Notes: generated by a model not told the origin, from the letters alone. A stretch of 64,000 nucleotides of DNA from Octopus vulgaris (GCA_951406725.2 OX597814.1:20956001-21020000), one strand, 5' to 3'. Numbered from the stretch's first letter, positions 1 to 14,600 are shown. Numbers and translations are program-made.

Positions 1-516
1 CGGTGCATACTGTGCAAAATGCTAAGCAGTATTTTATTTGTCTGCCTGTTCTGAATTTAAATTCCATCGAGGTCGATTTTATCTTTCATCCTTTTGAGGT
101 TGATAAAATAAGTACCAGTTGAGCACTGTGGTTGATATAATTGATTTACTCCTCCCGTGAAATAGCTGGCCTTGTGCCAAAATTTGAAATTGATATTTAT
201 ATTGGTTAATGAAATCGCCTTCAATCTTTTTTACATGCCCTTTTTTTTGTTGCTGGTAAAAGTTTGATAGATCTTCAAAGCAGTAGTTTCTTGGAGTTTA
301 AATTAAACTGGCACTCTGTTGGTTATGACGATGAAGGTTCCAGTTGATCTGATCAAATGGAACAGCTTGCTCATGAAATTAATGTGCAAGTGTCTGAGTA
401 TTCCACAGACCACATGTACCCTTAATGTAGTTCTCAGGGAGATTCAACGTGACACAGAATGTGACAAGGCCAGCCCCTTGAATTGCAGGCACAACTCATT
501 TTTGCCAGCTGAGTGT

Positions 517-720
517 AGAAGAAGAAGAAGAAGAAGAAGAAGAAGAAGAAGAAGAAGAAGAAGAAAAAGAAGTGGACGAGGAAGAAGAAGAAGAAGAAGA
601 AGAAGAAGAAGAAGAAGAAGAAGAAGAAGAAGACGATGAGGAAGAAGAAGACGATGAGGAAGAAGAAGAATGAAGAAGAAGAAGAAGAAGAAGAAGAAGA
701 AGATAATGATGATGATGCTG
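517..720 (+). repeat. (GAA)n/(GAT)n microsatellite
   Basis: Directly visible. Confidence 0.97.
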
Positions 721-838
721 ATGGGGGAAGAGGAGGAGATCTATGTAATACAAAAATAATTGGTCTCATTTTCTATATAAATTTCATAGTTTTATTATAA
801 TAAAGCCATAAAGTAAAATGAAAATTTGTTCAACCTAC

Positions 839-937
839 CTTCAGTTTTCCTTCTTTCACAGCTTTATTGAATTCTAAAGCAATTTGTGATCTACCATTTT
901 GGTCAGCATATAAAATCCTGGCTTGAGAACCTACAAC
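839..937 (-). CDS. UROC1: UROC1 coding exon 16
   Basis: tag|VVGSQARILYADQNGRSQIALEFNKAVKEGKLK|gtaggt. Confidence 0.94.
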
Positions 938-1820
938 CTATATGAACATAAAAGGTATTTTGCAAAAATATATTAAAACTGTCACTAAAATTTTAATTAC
1001 AATTTTTAAGAACATTTTTCTAATTTTATTACATTTTAGAAAATGAAGTTTTAAATCTAAGTCCATTGCTGTAAAGTACCATAAAGTAATGCTGTACACA
1101 CACACACACACACACACATATGCATGCACACACATGCACACACACATGCACACACACATGCATACGCATGCACGCACACACACACACATGCCATATTCAG
1201 TTTCATAAAAACAAAGATATTGTGTAATCAGAGTAGGAATTTTACAGCTAGTTGACGTTTTTCTTTGACTTCATTCATTATTATATCCCTTAAGGTAGAA
1301 GTATAGCTGTGTAGTAAAGAAGGTTGTTTTGCAACCACATTGTTATGGGTTCAGTCCCATTGCACTGTACATTGGGCAAGTGTCTTCTACAATAGTCCTA
1401 GGCTGTGAGTGATTTTGATAGATAGAAACTGTGTAGAAGTTTGTCATATATATACATATATATATTAAAATTATAATTTAGGGTATCTAAGAGATACCAC
1501 CACGCTGGAAATAGCAGCCAAAACCTAACTCTAAAACCACATTAAACGTTCATACAGCACCAGGGGAGAAGACAAAAAGACAAAATAAACTAGCAAAAAA
1601 ATTATTTTTGCTAGTTTATTTTGTCTTTTTGTCATCTCTCCTTGTGCTGTATGAACATTTTTTTATGTGGTTTTAGAGTCAGCTTTTGGCTGCTATTTCC
1701 AGCATGGCAGTATCACTTAGACACCCTAAATTATGATTTTAATAATAATTATTACCTTTGAAGGTTTTTATTCCTATGCTGGCCACTTGATAAAATCGAT
1801 ATTTAAATTAACAATCTTAT

Positions 1821-1879
<59 letters not shown>

Positions 1880-2792
1880 AGTTAGCTGAGTTAGAGGTTA
1901 AAATAACCATCACAGGGATAGAAGTATCCATTACACTACTGGTATACCAGCATATCATCTATGTTTAAGCATGGGCATAATTATTTATGCCCATAAATTA
2001 TAGGTAAAGACAAGGATAAACATGAGTTTATCAAGAATCAAAATTTAAAGAAGACAGAAAATGGAGTAATTCTTCTGTCTTCTTTATATATATATATATA
2101 TATTTGAAAATGTTTGAGTCAATAAGGAGGCATGTGGTTGGAATTTATTTGCAATCACTACAATTTTTTCTATGCAACGCATCTACACATCTCTTGATAC
2201 ACTCAATGGCTACTACTAACTCCAGGCCACAACAGACAACTAGGATACTCTTGAAGCCGAGGATTTGAGTTTACAGAGACAATATTTATATATCACCTGA
2301 GGAAACACAACTAGATCTCATAATGCAAGGAAACAGTTGCATAACCAAGTACCTGCAAGCCTGGCGAACTGCATTGCACAGAAACAATTGCAGTGATTGT
2401 AAATAAATGACCAACTGTACTCCTCCTTGTTGACTCCAGCTTTTTCAGTTATCTATTCACACGCTACAGAAACCCAAACGTAAATCTGGCAGTATGTATA
2501 ATACTACTACTGGATAATACAGGGTGAAATCTGAAGGTGGACAAGCTTTATACTGTACTCTACTACGTTCTTAACAGAATATAACATAACTATATATATA
2601 TATATATCATCATCATCATCATCATCAATGTTTAACGCCTGCTCTCCATGCTAGCATGGGTTGGACTATTTGACTGAGGACTGGCGAACCAGATGGCTGC
2701 ACCAGGCTCCAATCTGATCTGGCAGGGTTTCTACAGCTGGATGCCCTTTCTAACGCCAACCACTCTGAGAATGTAGTGGGTGCTTTTATGTG

Positions 2793-2831
<39 letters not shown>

Positions 2832-5800
2832 TAATCCAAACAAGAAAACACAAAGAGAAAACACAGCAACGCGAGGACGTGGAACAAATATAGTATTATT
2901 GGACGCTCAGGAAGGAAGAAGGAGGGTTTAACGTTTCGAGTGGAGCTCTTCGGCAGAAACATAGAAAAAGGAAAGATCCAGAGAAGGGAAGACGGAGGAA
3001 AAAATTTTGCCAACAGTACACATGCGGTCACATTTTGTAGATATATATATATCTACACATATATAAACATACATACATACATACATACATACATACATAC
3101 ACACACACATATGTATATACACACACACGTGTGTGTATGTGCATGTATTTGTGTTTGTATCCCCCACCATTTGATAACCAGTGTTAGTTTGTTTATGTCC
3201 TTGCAATTTAATGGTTCAGAAAAAAGAGACTGATAAAATAAATGCCAGACTTAGAAATAAGTACTGGGGTCAATTTGGTTGACTAAACCATTCAAAGCAG
3301 TGCTCCAGCATGGCTACAGTCCAATGACTGAAACAAGTAAAAGAAATGAAAGAAACAAAAAGAAATCAACTTAGCATATCACTATAATTAACACGTCTTG
3401 AAAAATTTTACTAAAAATAATTATATCATTTATGAAATAAAGAATGTCTAAGACTTTTACAATTGTTATCTATATAGGATATAAAACATTTGTATACCAT
3501 ACCATACCATTTTATGTTGGCCAGCTTCTTTAATCCAGCGAATATTATCTTTATATTGTTCTCTCACAACAGCGGAACCTGTAATAAAATTTGTCAAAGC
3601 ATTTAGGATGAAATTGCACACAAAATTGGACTCAGTGGTAACATAAGAATAAAATATTGATTAAACATATTGTTTATACTTCCACAATATAGTGTGTATG
3701 CTTCTCTCTGGTCCTCTGCTACCTTTGATAAAAATTTTAATATAAAGGAAAGTGGCAGAACTCATAGTTAAGCAGGCCATCCCGGGACTGATTAGATTGA
3801 TTCAGTTGCAGTTAGCTTGAACTTCTGCAGTTTAAATTATCAGTAAGGAAAAATGTGAACAAGAATAGTGTTTCATAAACTCTGAAGAATGAAGGTTTAT
3901 ATGAATTGTTTAATATAGAGTTTGGTGATAAGATGGGACAGAGATGAAGAGAAGAGAGAAACACAGTGATACTAAGTGATAAATAACTTCCTAGTTTTAG
4001 AGGAGAACCCTCGTTTCGTCTGCTGTGATGTACAAATGAGGGAGTGTTCATACCTCTGTTTTGATTTTTTACTGATTTCATTTTTTTCTCTCCATTACTG
4101 TTTATTTTTGTAAATTATATTTTTTTTCAATATATATTTTAGTAAATTATGTTGTTTTTTCACTGAATTATTAGAAATAAAGATGGAAAATATCTCACTT
4201 ATAGGATAAGGTTACTAGATGAATGTACATTGTAACTCACTTTAAATTTGCTTTTAAAGTAATCAATTATCAATTATATATTTCAGAGATATCTTTTAAT
4301 CAAATGGAAATTTAGGAATTAACTAAAGTCTGCTGATTTTTAACAAATATCTTCCAACTTAACTTTTATTCACTTCATTTATGTTGCTACTTACAACAAG
4401 GTGACTGTAATATCATGAATCATTTATTAAAGTGTATGAGGGGATGTTGAAAAGTTCCTGGCTTTGGGTAAAATAAAATACAGGAGGATCAATTAATTAT
4501 GATTTTATTCAACATATTTCTCTCCTAGAGTCACACACTTATTGCAGCAGTTCTTCAGTTTTTCTAAGCCCTGTAAAAGAATTCAGAAGGTTGGGCCTCC
4601 AACCAGGCTTATCCCCAAGACCCTTAAAGTCAGGAACTTTGCAACACCCACTCATATATAAGGAATTCTTTTACATTGGCTGTAACTTTTTAAACTCCAT
4701 GAGTAGCTGCTTTGAAGCTGCTGTAATATATAGATTTTGAAACAATTAGATTAATTCATAAATTCATCTGATTTATGTCTGTTTCCATGTTAGAATATGT
4801 TAGATTTACTATAATAATAATAATAATAATGAAATTATTGTATACAGTGCTCAGGTGCACCACAACTTGTCAAGAAGTGCGTATAAAGTATATGCAGTAA
4901 TGTACAAATGTCTGGAAAGTGAAGTGTATGAGTCAGATACATGCTTGCGTGTGTATGGAGGGGAGAAAATCAGGTGTAGTGTTGGCGAATCTCAGAAAGC
5001 ATGGAAGTTTTGAAGGATGCAGTGCTCCGACAACTAACAACTGATGCCGGCAGTTTATTCCATACTTCAGCAACTCTCAGCATGAAAAAATGTTTCCTAA
5101 AGTCATGGGAGCTGTGCTGTTTTCTGACTTTGTAAACATGTCCACGGGTGTTAGACAGGTGGAGTTTGAAAAGGTGCTCAGAGTTATTGTTTGTAAGATG
5201 GTTAATATTTTTATGGGTGTCTGCCTAGTCAGCTGCCAGACGTCAGAGTTTCAATGTGTCCATGCCCAGGGAAGTAAGGCGTTCAGAATATGGCAAATGC
5301 CTGATGGAGGGTATTCTCTTCATTGCATGTTGCTGAACGGCTTCTAGACGATTAATATCCTGGGCAAGATAGGGGTTCCAGACCAGTGATGCAAATTCCA
5401 GGTGAGGTCGTACCATAGCTATATAAAGCCGCAGATAGATAGCCGGAGAGTGGCTCACAAAGGACTTGGTGAGTGATACCAAGACACCATCAGCCTTCTT
5501 GGCAATTTTAGCGATGTGTTTTGTCCAATGCAAATCACTGTCGACTGGATGCTTCTCCTATTGCTAACCTTTACCTGCTTTTCAAGTAAGGAGTCTTTTA
5601 TTCCATATATCTTTAAAAGTACAGATGATTTGTTGATAGGTAAATAACAACAAACTTTACCATTTGGAATTCAGAGCTTGTCAAGTGATGTGCAAAGGTT
5701 GTAAAAATTTGCACAGACACATACATACATGCATACAAATAAACACATATGCATATATATATACATATGTATCTTTTATCTGTTGTCTTTTACTTATTTC

Positions 5801-8614
5801 ATTTATGAGACTGTGGCCAGACTGGGGCATTGACTTGAGGAATTCTAGCCAAATGTATTGATCCCCAGTATTTATTATTTTTTAAGCCTGGTACTTATTC
5901 TGTTAGTCACTTTTGCCAAACTGCTAAGTTAGCGGGACATAAACATGCCATCACTGGTTGTCAGGTGATAATAGAAGGAAAAACACGGCTGCAAACACAC
6001 ACACACACACACACAAAATGAGTTTCTTTCAGTTTCTGTTGGCCAAATCCACTCACAAGGCCTTGATTGGTCTGCGGTTATAGTAGAAGACACTGGCCAA
6101 GGTGCCATGCAGTGGGACTAAATCCAGGACCGTGTGGTCGGGATGCAAACTTCTTACCACGCAGCTACTACACCTGTGTCTATATATTTAAACAGAGAGA
6201 GAGAGAGGGAGAGAGAAAGAGGTTTTAGTACAGTTTTGTATTTCTTTATTGCCCACAAGGGGCTAAATGTTGAGGGGACAAACAAGGACAGACAAATGGA
6301 TTATGTTGATTACACCAACCCCAGTGTGTAACTGGTACTTATTTAATCGACCCCGAAAGGATGAATGGCTAAGTTGACCTCGGCAGAATTTGAACTCAGA
6401 ACATAGAGGCAGACGAAATACTGCTAAGCATTTCGCCTGGCGTGCTAACATTTCTGCCAGCACATTTTTTTTTTATACAGTTTCTACCAACTGAATTTAT
6501 TGACAAGGTAAAGTGCATGCAGTAAGGTTGGACTTAAAGCTACATGGTTGAGCAGTAAACTTCTATCACGCAGTTATGCATGCTTACAACTCAAGCTATA
6601 TCTGCAACTATTTATAAGAATTTGGTATTCATGTCTGAAAGAAACTGAAATTGTGTTAAAAGAAAAAAAGAAAAAAAACATGCAAACTCTTAAATAAATA
6701 GTTTTCACAGAAGTTGCATTTTTGAAACTTACTTGTTTTTGATGCTATTTTTTCCAGAATACTTGCAGCAATCATATCTGTTTTTTCTAGGTCTTCTTTA
6801 TCTCCAGATGTACAAACCCATCTTAATTTGACATGAAAATATCAATAACATATACATGCATTAGCTTTACATTTAGTAATACCATTAAATAATTTTCATA
6901 TGGATAAAAATAGCTAATAACTTGCTGAAATAAAGTATTTGCTTATAAAACAAGAAAATTATAAATTGAAGTACTCCAAGAATTAAATTAATTGGTAACT
7001 TACAATAAGTTCAGGCTAAATTTAAGAAAAGAAAATAATATCCCATCCAAAAAGAAACGTATTTTATAAATCAAAAAACATCATCTAGATTATGGCAGGG
7101 AGATAAACATTTAATGCAAAGTAGCTGCTCTCGGCTTCCAGTATGGTCTCAAGATGGCTCCAGAACCTGGCACATGTGTTCTTTACTTGGGAAGATCTTA
7201 GAACACCTCCTTGATTTTGGCCACTAGCTTGGCGTTGGTGCTGCAGGCACAGTGGTTGGTATATCTCTCAACTACACCCCACACATAGTAATCCATGCGA
7301 TTATAATCAGAGGGATTAAGGTGGTGAGCCGGCAGAAACGTTAGCATGCCAGGCGAAATGCGTAGCCGTATTTCGTCTGCCGTTATGTTCTGAGTTCAAA
7401 TTCCGCCGAGGTCGACTTTGCCTTTCATCCTTTCGGGGTCGATAAATAAAGTACCAGTTACGCACTGGGGTCAATGTAATTGACTTAATCCCTTTGTCTG
7501 TCCTTGTTTGTCCCTTCTATGTTTAGCCCCTTGTGGCAGTAAAGAAATATATAATCAGAGGGATTAGGATGTCAGAAATTGGGGCTGATGAATTCATAGA
7601 AATTCTCCAACAACCATTTCTGACTCTTTCCAGAGATATGGCAAAGAAACAAATCCTGCTGCCACACACATATGGCCTTCCAACAGCAAATCTCTCTAGC
7701 CAGAGTTTGACCACAATCTCTAACAGCTTCACATAACCATCTAAATAGAACCTCAGGCTCTGTGCAAAGATGTGGGGCAACATGACTTCATTCTCACTGG
7801 AGACACACCCAAAGATCATCACAATTTTTGGGAACTTGGTTTTTATGATATGTGGGACATCACATGGATTGTAGGTAAGCCACCTGTTATTCTAGGGGTT
7901 GTGCAACTGGTCTCAGCAGAAATTCTTTTCATTTGAGAACCATATCATCCCCATCTCAACAGAATGCCTCAGCTTGTTCATGAACTTCCTTGTTTTTGTG
8001 AAGTGGTTTTCCACAAAAACCAGATTATAAATGAAACCATTAAAAAAACACCAAAGTCGTATATACATACACCAAACCCAGGGGACCTAAAACTACGACC
8101 CATTATAGCTGGCGTAGCCTGTGAAACACACCATCCTTCTGAAACCCTTCCTTAAACACATCGACTTGGATATGTTAAATCACCTCCCCAAAAGAAGTCA
8201 AGGAAAAAACAATCATAGTCTCATTTAATGTAATTAATTTATATACCAGTATACTTCATAATTATGAACTAGAGGCAATTCAGTTCTGGCTGGACCAATT
8301 TCTGGAAGAAATACTAAAAAGGATCAGTAAAGAATTCATAACTGAATCAGTTGAATTCATCCTACGAAACAACCACTTCATGTTTGACAATACATTTTAT
8401 TGACAAAAATCCGGAATTGCTATGGGCACTAAGGCAGCTCCAGTCATTGCAAACCTAACAATGGGCTACCTGGAAATAATTATATACCAGGAATCTTTAT
8501 CTACCTTAGGAAACCCCCTTTCCCAATACATAAAAGAAAATTGGAAAAGATTTCTAGACTTATACATGCCCTGATACCGTTGGTATCTACATACGTACAT
8601 ACATATGTATGTAC

Positions 8615-8645
<31 letters not shown>

Positions 8646-11600
8646 TGTATGTATGTATGTATGTATCTGAGCAATGGCCCAGTGGTTAGGGCAGCGGACT
8701 CGCGGTCGCAGGATCGCGGTTTCGATTCCCAGACCGGGCGTTGTGAGTGTTTATTGAGCGAAAACACCTAAAAAAGCTCCACGAGGCTCCGGCAGGGGAT
8801 GGTGGTGATCCCTGCTGTACTCTTTCACCACAACTTTCTCTCACTCTTACTTCCTGTTTCTGTTGTACCTGTATTTCAAAGGGCCGGCCTTGTCACTCTC
8901 TGTGTCACGCTGAATATCCCCGAAGACTACGTTAAGGGTACACGTGTCTGTGGAGTGCTCAGCCACTTACACGTTAATTTCACGAGCAGGCTGTTCCGTT
9001 GATTCGGATCAACCGGAACCCTCGTCGTCGTGACCGACGGAGTGCTTCCAAAATCTGAGCAGTATATCAGTGACTTATGTATATTGGCAAAGGATGTAAA
9101 TACTGAAAAGAAAATGAAGTAACTGGTGGCTTTTGAATGAAGTTCTACTGTGATATTTGTTCTGCACCAAGTTACATAGAAACTCATTTTATTGCTCATC
9201 ATGAGAAAAGCATTGAATACTTATGGGTCAACTGGTAATTGATAGCCAACAGTGCTATTTTTCTGGAATCACAATATAAAATAAATAAATATCTGGTGAA
9301 AATTATGATTATAGGCAAAAACTTAAAATCCAAAATACCTGAAGGGTCCAAATCCAAGAGAGAATATATCTCCCATGATATCTTGTACATATGATGGATA
9401 CCGAAATTTTGTTCCACACATGGTTTCACATTTCCCAACATCAGCTCCTTAATTCAGATAAAAAAAAAAAACAAAGAATATGGTTTTCAATTGTCAATTT
9501 AGTATTTCAGACTAATTTACATGTAATCCCATTGAGTAACGTCAATGTTTTATCCTCTTTTATCAAGCATGTTACCCAACATGCCACTAAAATACAAGTT
9601 TGTCTCTTGATTTTCTGAAAATTTAACGAAGTTTGGTTTCTTTAGGAAAGATTAGTTTAACTTCAAGAAATATTTATTGCATAATATGTAGTTGACTGGC
9701 ATATGCTTGTATTTGACTGAAAATATAATTTTAAATGCTAGAATTCTGTTTGATTGGATTTAACAAGAATATAAAATCAGAATGGATAAGATGAAAATGT
9801 TCTGTAATTTTTTAGATATTACTTCTAAAAATTACCTCTCCACATTGTCAAAGACAAATTAATTTGTCAGGGAATAATTCTATTGATTAATATATTGCAT
9901 AATTAGTCTTTTTAAAACTGTAATCTCTCTATATATAAACGGCAGTTTGTCTGTCTGTGTGTCTGTCAGGTTGTACCCTCACCCTGACCACGGCTTTCAA
10001 CCGATTCTGATGAAACTTGACACACACATAGCCCAATGTCATAATTCAAAACTAACGCAGCGAAAATTTTGAAAAGTTCCCCCAGTCCTGAAAAAAAATC
10101 GATAAATTCGACATGGGTCGAGAATCTAAGCTTTTTATATGCAACACATTTTCTACAGACTGTCTAGGGGATGCAACTCGACCTTTTTAACTCTCGGAAC
10201 ATGTGGGGTAAGTATCCCAAAATGTATAAAAATGTACAAAAACGGCAAAAAAAGCGGGCAGCAATGTGAGTGACAACAACGAAAAAGTCAAAAGTGACCA
10301 AACTGAACAAACGAATGGAAAAGGTTTTTGGTGCACACGACAAAAGCGGTTTATAATAAACCAAGAGTTTGCAAGTAGCATCCGAGGACCCATAGGGTAC
10401 GTCAAAAATTTAAGGTAAAACGTTTGGGGTGGTAGTTATAAAGAATGTGTAAACAAAAAAAGTATTCGAATAACTTGCGGCTGCAGCAGCTATTAGCAGA
10501 AGTGGCGGTGTTGGGGGTAAAGTCTCGAATGTAATTTCTTCCTGGTAGGAATTGGTTGGGTTGAATTATCGATAGCTGTTTGATAGTTATTTGGGAGTGA
10601 AGAGAAGACATTGCAACCTACACATGCGCCTTCGTTCCCTAGAGGGAAAGGACTAGATTGGGATTAGTCGTTGCCTATTAGGGGCTCTTACATACCCGGG
10701 CAACGCCGGGCTATGCTGCTAGTATCAAATATATTCATTCTTCCCTTTTATCAATATCATTGTGACATTTGTCATTCTCTCATCGTCATTAACCTGCTCC
10801 TCCTCTTCCTCCTCCCTTCCCCCGCCTCCCCCTCTTCTTCCTCCCCCCCTCCTCCTCCTCCTCCTCATCATCATCATCATCATCATCATCATTTAGTGTC
10901 CGTTGTCCATGCTGGCATGGGTTGGACAGTTTGACCAAGGTTTGCAAACTGGAAGGCTGCACCAGACTCCAGTCTGATTTGGTATGGTTTCTACTGCTGG
11001 ATGTCCTTCCTACTAACATCAACTACTCTGAGAATGGGTGCTTTTACATGTCAGTAGCTTGGGTGCCATTTGCATGGTACCAGTATCTGCCATGACTGTG
11101 ATTTTACTTGGTTTGATGGGTTTTCTTCTCAAGCACGATATAACCCCAAGGGTCTTGGTCATTGCCTCCATGAGACCCACCTCTCAAAAGGAGCTTCTCA
11201 TGTGCCACTTTGCCCCCATGCAATTCTATTTGGCTTGATGGGTCTTCTTCTCAAGCATTGTCTCTGTGAGGTCCAACACTTGAAAGGAGCTTTGCATGTT
11301 CCACTTTGCCTCCATGAGGCCCAATGCTCAAAAGGTGCTTTTTACATGCCACTGGCATGGGTGCCAGCTATGTAATGCCAGCATTAGCCATGACTACAAT
11401 TTCACTTGGCTTGATGGGTCTTCTCAAGCGCACCATAGTTCTAAAGGTCTCAGTTATTAGTCATCGCCTCTATGAGGCCCAAAGTTCAAAGATCATTCTT
11501 CACCAGTTTGTCACATGTCTTCCTGGGTGTACCTCCACAGGTTCCCCCCCACAGTTAGAGATCGGCACTTCTTTACATAGCTGTCCATATCTATATGAGT

Positions 11601-14600
11601 TTGTACTGAACTGACAACAATTCAAATAAATTACAAGGAAGCAAACATTTAGATTGAGCAATTCAACCACTACAGCTGGACATTTTTGTCTGCTACTGTG
11701 CTTTTTAGCACTATGCGACTGTACAAGATGCTGTCTCAAGACTAAAACTACAGCTTTGTGGCTTTCTACAGTATATCCATGTTAAGTAAGATATACAGAA
11801 TGCTATTTTAAACTAATACTGCTCCCATTACTAATAATGAATTTTTACCTAGCCTGTCAGCTATTTGCAACACTAGTAATTTACTAATTTCTGTTCTTCT
11901 ATATCATTAGTAGCTAAATTTGTCCAAGTATGTGGTTGCTAGTGGATACTCACTACTGATGATGCTCAAGGATGTAGGAATCTATATTTAGCAATTCAAC
12001 TGCAGCTGCTCTACACCTTTTTGTCTGCTACTGATATGCTTCTGTGTGTTTTAACACTATACATCTATATGAGATGCTGTCTTGAGGTGAATACTACAGT
12101 TTTGTGACTTTCTACTGTATATCCACATTAAGATATTGAGAATGCTTTTTTTAAGCTATAAGATTTTAAAATATTTAACAGTGAAATTGATGAACAAAAA
12201 ATGAATTTTAAAATTATACCTGCATGATCAGCCTCAAGAAGAAAAGCATTTCCATAGTCCCAGAAAAACATTCCCTGATCAGATAACTTATTCAGTGCTT
12301 TTACATGGTGTCTCAGACTGTTAAAGAGGCAAAGAAATAAACCAGAAATTTATTGTATTTGTGTATTTTATATCTTCTTTACTCTTAGCATTCAGATTAC
12401 TTTGTCAAATGTAATGCTTATTTATTCATGTTGCTATCAATTGTTCATGCATTATTTTGTAGCTTCGAGATTTTGATCATGTGATTGTGTATTTTTGAGT
12501 GTACATGTGAGAGGCCACATCTGTCTGATTTGAGCATAAAACAGGTAGAATATTTGGGCCAAATATGGATAGTTTAAATACTAAAGGGTTAATGTATACA
12601 TTATCATCATCATCATCATCATCATTGTTTAACATCCGCCCTCCATGCTAGCATAGGTTGAACGATTTTGACTGAGGGCTGGTGAACCAGACGGCTGCAC
12701 CAGGCTCCAATCTTGATTTTGCAGAGTTTCTACAGCTGGATGCCCTTCCTAACGCGAACCACTCTGAGAGTGTAGTGGGTGCTTTTTACGTGCCACTGGC
12801 ACTTATGTAAATATTATTTTTTTTATTCTTTAACTGATTTTGGTCATTGGACTGAGGCCATGTTGAAGCACCACCTTTAAAGTTTAAGTAGAACATATTG
12901 ATACTAGTGTTTATTATAATCTTGAATTTATCTATTTGTTGAATCTCTGTGCTACAGGGTAAAATGGGACATATAAACAATACCTGTTTTTAAAATTGTG
13001 CAAACATAAGCACACACACACACATTCATTTCATATGCAGCTTATTATGCTAGCATGGGTTAGACAGATATTTTATTGAAGCATTGTTTTATAGCTGGAT
13101 ACCCTTCCTGATGCTGACCTTCATCTGTTTTTCAAGTAAAGGATCTCTTGTCCCATTTGATTTTGATAGTGCAAAGCAAGCAGATGACTTTCTTGTACAT
13201 TGCAACTTTCATAGAAGCAAGCACAGATGTAAACAAACACACATACATGCACTTTTAGTGCCTATCTACCAAATACACACACACACACACACACACACAC
13301 ATCTATTTTGAGATAAATTTCATGTAAAACATGTTTTGTGGCAATGTTTTAAAAAGAGAATCAACAAAGAATGAATTAAGAAGCAAATATTGTTTTTACG
13401 TTTCCTGCACTAATTGACAGAACTTCTCTGGGTCTTCATGCATTAATATTTGTGATTCTTCAAAAGTTATCTGTTGAAAAAAAAAAAATGATTTGGTTAT
13501 TAAATAGATTTAGCACACAGCCAGAAATAAGAAAGGAGCAGTCTCTTCTTCTGAGCCAAACCAATAAAAAAATTATTTTGCTGGACCTATAATTAACACT
13601 TTTGTTACCAACCTGGCTGAAACCAGCTCTGGCCCTTTAGTACAGATGTCTTGTTTTCATAAGTTTTGAATTAAAATCTTCCACCAAACCTTAGTCACAA
13701 TTTATGTTCCTAACACTAGCTTAATGATAACTAAGTTATTTTACTAAATTCTTTGTTATATTTAAAGTAATTGAAAGAAACACAGAGCATCTCAAAATAA
13801 ATACAGTAACGAAAGGGTTAAATTATTCAATTCAACGTAATTATGATACTTCTAGGACACAATTTAACCCTTTAGCATTTAATCTGGCCATATCCAGCTC
13901 AGATATTCTTTATGTTGAAACTGACCAGATCCAGTCTCTCACACCTACCCTACAATGCCATTCTAAAAATATACAAACACACTATTGAAATCTTGAAGCT
14001 ACAAGATAATGCATGATTAATTCAAAACAATGTGAATAAATAGGAATTCATTTGATAAAGAAATCTAAATGCTAAAGAGAGGATTAACCAGGTTTGATTC
14101 AAAATATACAAAAACCAGGTATTTTCATCTGTTCTAAATTATGTTGGCTAATATATAATATAACATTGTACATTCTGGCAGTGAAACAAAATTTTATTAA
14201 TACACCAATAAATTATTAATAAAGCTATGAAAAATTACATTATGTATGCAAATACAGTTATCTGATTTGCTAAATAGTGGTTGTGAATATATTCTACAAG
14301 CAAAGTATAATCTTTTCTTCTCTAGGCATAATGCCTGAAATTTTTGGGGAGGGAGCCATTTGATTAGATCGACCCCAGTATGCAACTGGTACTTAATTCA
14401 TCAACCCTGCAAAGATGAAAGGCAAAGTCGATGTCAGCAGAATTTGAACTCAGAACGTAAAGACAGACGAAATACCTATTTCTTTACTACCCACATGGGG
14501 CTACACACAGAGAGGACAAACAAGGACAGACAAACGGATTAAGTTGATTATATTGACCCCAGTGTGTAACTGGTATTTAATTTATCGACTACGAAAGGAT

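Noticed and set aside
319-769. Poly-R/F/S ORFs
   Set aside because: SINE fragment plus GAA microsatellite.
3493-3507. Tandem donors GTATGGTATGGTATAC after UROC1 exon 15
   Set aside because: Alternatives are shifted by 5 and 10 nt and would break the frame; likely a trivial micro-repeat.
8670-8740. tRNA-like sequence (also 46544-46615)
   Set aside because: A and B boxes are present but there is no full cloverleaf, and the sequence continues into a SINE body.
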